From an uncultured Gammaproteobacteria bacterium (GTDB lineage: Bacteria; Patescibacteriota; Microgenomatia; Levybacterales; UBA12049), in NCBI GenBank assembly GCA_964474445.1, contig CAYYSJ010000001.1, positions 206,530-270,529 of the forward strand: a stretch of DNA of 64,000 nt, given 5' to 3'. The first letter of the stretch is position 1. Each line of letters starts with the position of its first letter. The notes beneath the pieces are model-generated. The model had not been told where the DNA came from and did not search any database. It saw only the letters and a program-made list of their open reading frames with translations. This document shows positions 60,267 through 64,000 of the stretch, one piece after another. Both the position numbers and the translations under genes were made by a program.

Positions 60267-60339
60267 GAAGAGATTACTATAGATGATGTCATTGGTAAAT
60301 CATTGGCAATAATGTATGAAGTCTGTCATGATCCTACAA

Positions 60340-62112
60340 TTATGTACTTGGAAGGCTAAAAGAGAATTTTGATCCTTTTCCTAACTGACTTGTAACCCAC
60401 ATACTTCCTTTATGTAGATGGATTATTTCTGAAGAAATAAATAGGCCTAAGCCTAAGCCGGGATATGTATATTTATGTCCATTGCTAACTTGATAAAATT
60501 GATTAAATATTCTATGTACTTCGCTTCGTGGAATACCAATGCCAAAATCCTTTACACTTAAAATAACTTCCTGACCTTTTTGTTCTATTGTAATAATGAT
60601 TGGTTTCTCTGATGGGTCATATTTAATTGCGTTTGTTATAAGATTTATTATTACTTGCCTTATTTTCTCTTTATCCGCTGTAACATAGATTTTGATTTTG
60701 GAACGCAATATTATCTTGTGTTTTGAAATAGGTTGTATGTCTTCTGTAATTTCTTTTATCAAACTATTCAAAAGAAATTCCTGTTTTTTTAGCACGATTT
60801 TTTTCTGCTGCAACTTTGACACATCCAATAAATAACCAACTAATGCACTTAGTTTAGAAAGATTAGTGTTCATTTTTTGCAATAGCTTTTGTGATTCTGT
60901 ATCGCTAATTTTTTTAAATCTTTTCTCCAGAACTTGTGTAAACAATATTGTGCTTGTTAATGGTGTTTTTAATTCATGACTTGCCATGCTGATAAATTTA
61001 TCCTTGTTCCTTTCCAATTCTTTCAACTGAGTTATATCTCGACAAACAGCAATATATCCAATATTTTCTCCTTCATCATTTTTTATATAGGTAATGGTTA
61101 GTTGTACATCTTTTACATCGCCTGTCTTTGTTTTTTGTTGAATAATACCGGACCAATTCCCTTCATTTGCTATTTTCTCTTCCCAACTTTTTTCAATATA
61201 TTCAACTGCTGATATTCCGGACTCAGTTACACCATCAAGAAGCTTCACAGCATCTTTTCCTAAAACTTCTTGTGCTTTCCAGCCATAGATACTTTCAGCA
61301 CCAATATTCCACGTAACTATCCTACCATGTAAATCAATTGATATAACAGCATCCCCTATACTCCTACTTAATGCTGCATAATAGAAAAGGCTTTCTTCAG
61401 CCTTTTTAGCTTCTGTAATATCACGTAAATTTACTATAATTCCATTAATATTCGGATCATTGAGTAAATTGGTCGCAAGAGCCTCAATCCAAATCAAGTT
61501 GCCATTTCGATGCTTTATTCGAGCTTGCACTACTATTTGTTTATTCGGATTTTTCAGTAATTCATGAAGATTGTTTTTCATTCTTTCTACATCTGCTGAC
61601 TGAAGAAAGGAAAAAATGCTTTTTCCTATAACTTCTTTCGAAGGATACCCAGCTATACCTTTTGCACGTTTATTAATAAACAGAATATCACCTTTTTCGT
61701 CAAGGATTTCTACAACATCTGTGGTCTTTTCCATAAGAAGTTCCAGCTGTTTTCTGCTTTGTTGTAATTCTTTTTCTATCTTTTTCTCAGCAGATATATT
61801 TTTAACAAAAGCAGTAATTCCCCATGGAGCAGGATATAATGAAATGTAAAAAGTACGATTACCAGATGAAGTAGTATACTCGTACGTTTTTGGTTTATCT
61901 TCTTTTATGACTTTATCAAAAATCTTTTTTAACGTACTTTTTTCCAACACTGGAAATGTTTTGAAAACATTTTTACCAACTATATTGCCATTAGCGCCTA
62001 AAAAACGTTTTGCCGGAGGATTTATGTAGAGGAAATTGTATAAGGAGTCGATTGCAATTACCCCATCTGATATTCGATCTAAAATTTCTTGATCTGAGAA
62101 TCGGATCATCAA
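60340..62112 (-). CDS. Cytoplasmic multi-PAS sensor histidine kinase
   Basis: Three PAS-like repeats; SHELKTPL, NLITNAIKY, DFGIGI, GLGLGL. Confidence 0.93.
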   Translation of the reverse strand: MMIRFSDQEILDRISDGVIAIDSLYNFLYINPPAKRFLGANGNIVGKNVFKTFPVLEKSTLKKIFDKVIKEDKPKTYEYTTSSGNRTFYISLYPAPWGITAFVKNISAEKKIEKELQQSRKQLELLMEKTTDVVEILDEKGDILFINKRAKGIAGYPSKEVIGKSIFSFLQSADVERMKNNLHELLKNPNKQIVVQARIKHRNGNLIWIEALATNLLNDPNINGIIVNLRDITEAKKAEESLFYYAALSRSIGDAVISIDLHGRIVTWNIGAESIYGWKAQEVLGKDAVKLLDGVTESGISAVEYIEKSWEEKIANEGNWSGIIQQKTKTGDVKDVQLTITYIKNDEGENIGYIAVCRDITQLKELERNKDKFISMASHELKTPLTSTILFTQVLEKRFKKISDTESQKLLQKMNTNLSKLSALVGYLLDVSKLQQKKIVLKKQEFLLNSLIKEITEDIQPISKHKIILRSKIKIYVTADKEKIRQVIINLITNAIKYDPSEKPIIITIEQKGQEVILSVKDFGIGIPRSEVHRIFNQFYQVSNGHKYTYPGLGLGLFISSEIIHLHKGSMWVTSQLGKGSKFSFSLPST

Positions 62113-62241
62113 ACTTTTGTGAAATGTTATTCTTGTATTGTAGAGAAGAATACATAAGAATAACGTAATAAATCACTATAAATATACCATGAAGAATATA
62201 TCAACTCCATAGAAAATAGTAAGCAACAGTGGGGGATAATG

Positions 62242-62838
62242 CTATGCTGCTGTTGGTAATCGTCCTTCTAACTCTATCCATTCTCCTTCGATCATAACCT
62301 GTTCATTAAGAGATTGAGTTTTATGAACTTTCGTTCTTCCTTTGGGATCCGTTACTTCTACAGATACTGGATAAATACCTCTTTTCCTATCCCGTACCAA
62401 TTGCAATCCTTCGTTTACATCTGACTGCACCATTTCTCTTCTAAGTTCTAAAAATTTTGATAGCACATCCATTTCTTCTTCTTGACCGGCAACTGCTGCT
62501 CTTCCAGCTGCCATTGTCTGCTCTGGAGTAGATTTAAATAATATCCATGCAAGCCGTAAATCATGACCTCCTCCCTCAAAACCCAATCCTGCTGCTGCCC
62601 CAGCACCACCTACTGTGATCTCTTCTGGTTCTGTAACTGCTTCCGCATCACCCTCTGGATGAAGAGACACTCGCTTTATTCTATAATTTGAGCCTGCTAC
62701 ATGAGCAATTTCATGCTTTGATATAGCTCCTGCTTTTATACGCTCTTCGGGAAGAAAAAGTCTTGTAGCACTAATACGATATCCATTATCGAGTTGTTTT
62801 ACTTGACCCATTCGTAAAGACAATTCAGCACCGGCCAT
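62242..62838 (-). CDS. Stand-alone peptidase M41 (FtsH protease domain)-like protein
   Basis: HEIAH, IKRVSLHP, AGAAA, GGGHDL; no AAA+ or TM domain. Confidence 0.7.
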   Translation of the reverse strand: MAGAELSLRMGQVKQLDNGYRISATRLFLPEERIKAGAISKHEIAHVAGSNYRIKRVSLHPEGDAEAVTEPEEITVGGAGAAAGLGFEGGGHDLRLAWILFKSTPEQTMAAGRAAVAGQEEEMDVLSKFLELRREMVQSDVNEGLQLVRDRKRGIYPVSVEVTDPKGRTKVHKTQSLNEQVMIEGEWIELEGRLPTAA

Positions 62839-62909
62839 TTGCCTTGCAAGGCAGGAGGAAAAACTTAAAAAAGCAAACTATCCACTGTTGGAGAATTGTC
62901 AGGAAAAAT

Positions 62910-63569
62910 TTAGTGAGAAAGAGCAAGATTTGTACTGCCGGATTCTTTTTTCCCAAGCGCACTTACCGTATAGTCTATTTGTGCAAGCGTGGGGGAAATT
63001 AACCTACCAGTATAACTTATATCCGCTGACACACTAATAAATCCCATTGGGCAGGTTGCACTTCCTTTTCCTGAAAGAGTTTGTGTATTTGGCCCATCGT
63101 ATATACCTGAAAGAGTTCCATTACAGTCTCCTGATATTGTCCCTGTAATGTTTCCTCCCAAAGATGGATATTGCATGGCAAGGTGAATTGTTTTACCACT
63201 TGCAGAGAGAATGGTTGTTGCCGTTATGATTTGAGAAACAGTCTGTGTGGGTGATAGTGTTGGAGAGACAGTCGTAGAGGTACTTATAGGCGTTGGAGAG
63301 TTATCCGTTTTATTGTTTTGAGGAGAAGTAACATTTTTATGCGTATTACCCTCTTGAGCATTATCAGAAGTATTGTCTGTTGTATGTTGTGATATTGTTA
63401 CTGACTGTGTTGGAGTAGTTGTTGTCCCTAATACTTTTTTTTCAGCAGTTACTGTTGTCTTTGCTTTTGAAGGTAACGTAGCTGTGTGTGGGAATAGAGA
63501 GACGATAACTGCGTAAACGCCTAAAAACGTCGGGAAGAGAAATTGGCTGATAAAGGGAGCTATTGTCAT
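62910..63569 (-). CDS. Secreted or membrane-anchored Ser/Thr-rich protein
   Basis: Hydrophobic N-terminus, T/S/P linker, beta-rich C-terminal domain with two Cys. Confidence 0.8.
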   Translation of the reverse strand: MTIAPFISQFLFPTFLGVYAVIVSLFPHTATLPSKAKTTVTAEKKVLGTTTTPTQSVTISQHTTDNTSDNAQEGNTHKNVTSPQNNKTDNSPTPISTSTTVSPTLSPTQTVSQIITATTILSASGKTIHLAMQYPSLGGNITGTISGDCNGTLSGIYDGPNTQTLSGKGSATCPMGFISVSADISYTGRLISPTLAQIDYTVSALGKKESGSTNLALSH

Positions 63570-63632
63570 TGAGGATCAAGTATAACAGAGAACTGTAGAT
63601 TTGCAACCGAGCCAACCAGAAAGAATGCAAGA

Positions 63633-64000
63633 TTAGAAAGAGGAAACACTCACACCGTTATCAGATGAAGCACCATTTCCTGTAACACTTACTCTTATTC
63701 TCTCAATCATATGACGTATTGTGTGCCTCATGTCATCAGTATTATTTGTGTTGACGTTAGTACTGATATCTGTATGAGAGGAAATATCTCCTGTTATAAC
63801 TTTACCATTCCCCTGTGTGTTTCCTTCCACTCTATTTCCTCCAGTATTTTGGTCATTAATGACTCGTGTTGAGATATTAGCATTATTTGATTCTGTTTCT
63901 CTTACAGAAGTCGTAAAGGTCTTCGATACTTCTCTCTCATTTCTACAAGAAAAAGAGAAATTTTTAACAAGAAAATCATTTTGAGGAAGACCAAAAGATG
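63633..64000 (-). CDS. 3' part of an Asn/Thr/Gly-rich protein entering from the right edge
   Basis: Frame open from the window end to the stop at 63633; NTGGN..GNT.GNG.VITGD and TGNGASSDN motifs. Confidence 0.65.
   Translation of the reverse strand, partial: SFGLPQNDFLVKNFSFSCRNEREVSKTFTTSVRETESNNANISTRVINDQNTGGNRVEGNTQGNGKVITGDISSHTDISTNVNTNNTDDMRHTIRHMIERIRVSVTGNGASSDNGVSVSSF

Overview
AT-rich bacterial chromosomal segment, by inference from a Patescibacteria (CPR, Microgenomates-like) genome. Supporting signs are compact GatA/GatB, a short ATP synthase delta, type-2 IleRS, many orphan genes and promoters placed directly before start codons. Housekeeping content: gatCAB; dnaE with a 432-aa LAGLIDADG intein; a full F-type ATP synthase operon; lexA plus a small DUF6504/YqjX-like gene; Nudix, 2H-phosphoesterase, Dus and Maf genes; tRNA-Thr(CGT) and tRNA-Val(CAC); lepB, parB, rpmA, rplU, rodA and ileS. 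Accessory content: a ~23-kb surface-glycan cluster between the two tRNAs, two small HNH nucleases, a Cas4-like PD-(D/E)XK nuclease, an MFS transporter, a PAS histidine kinase, a stand-alone M41-like protease and secreted proteins. The main finding is not in the ORF track. A consensus sigma70 promoter drives a 12-aa leader peptide, MKFAQNQQNGSL, embedded in a four-segment attenuator directly upstream of gatCAB, the enzyme that makes Gln-tRNA and Asn-tRNA. A weaker Ile-rich leader with a terminator lies upstream of the HNH-HNH-ileS block. Together they suggest ribosome-sensing attenuation of tRNA-charging genes. All family calls are by eye from motifs; no searches were run.
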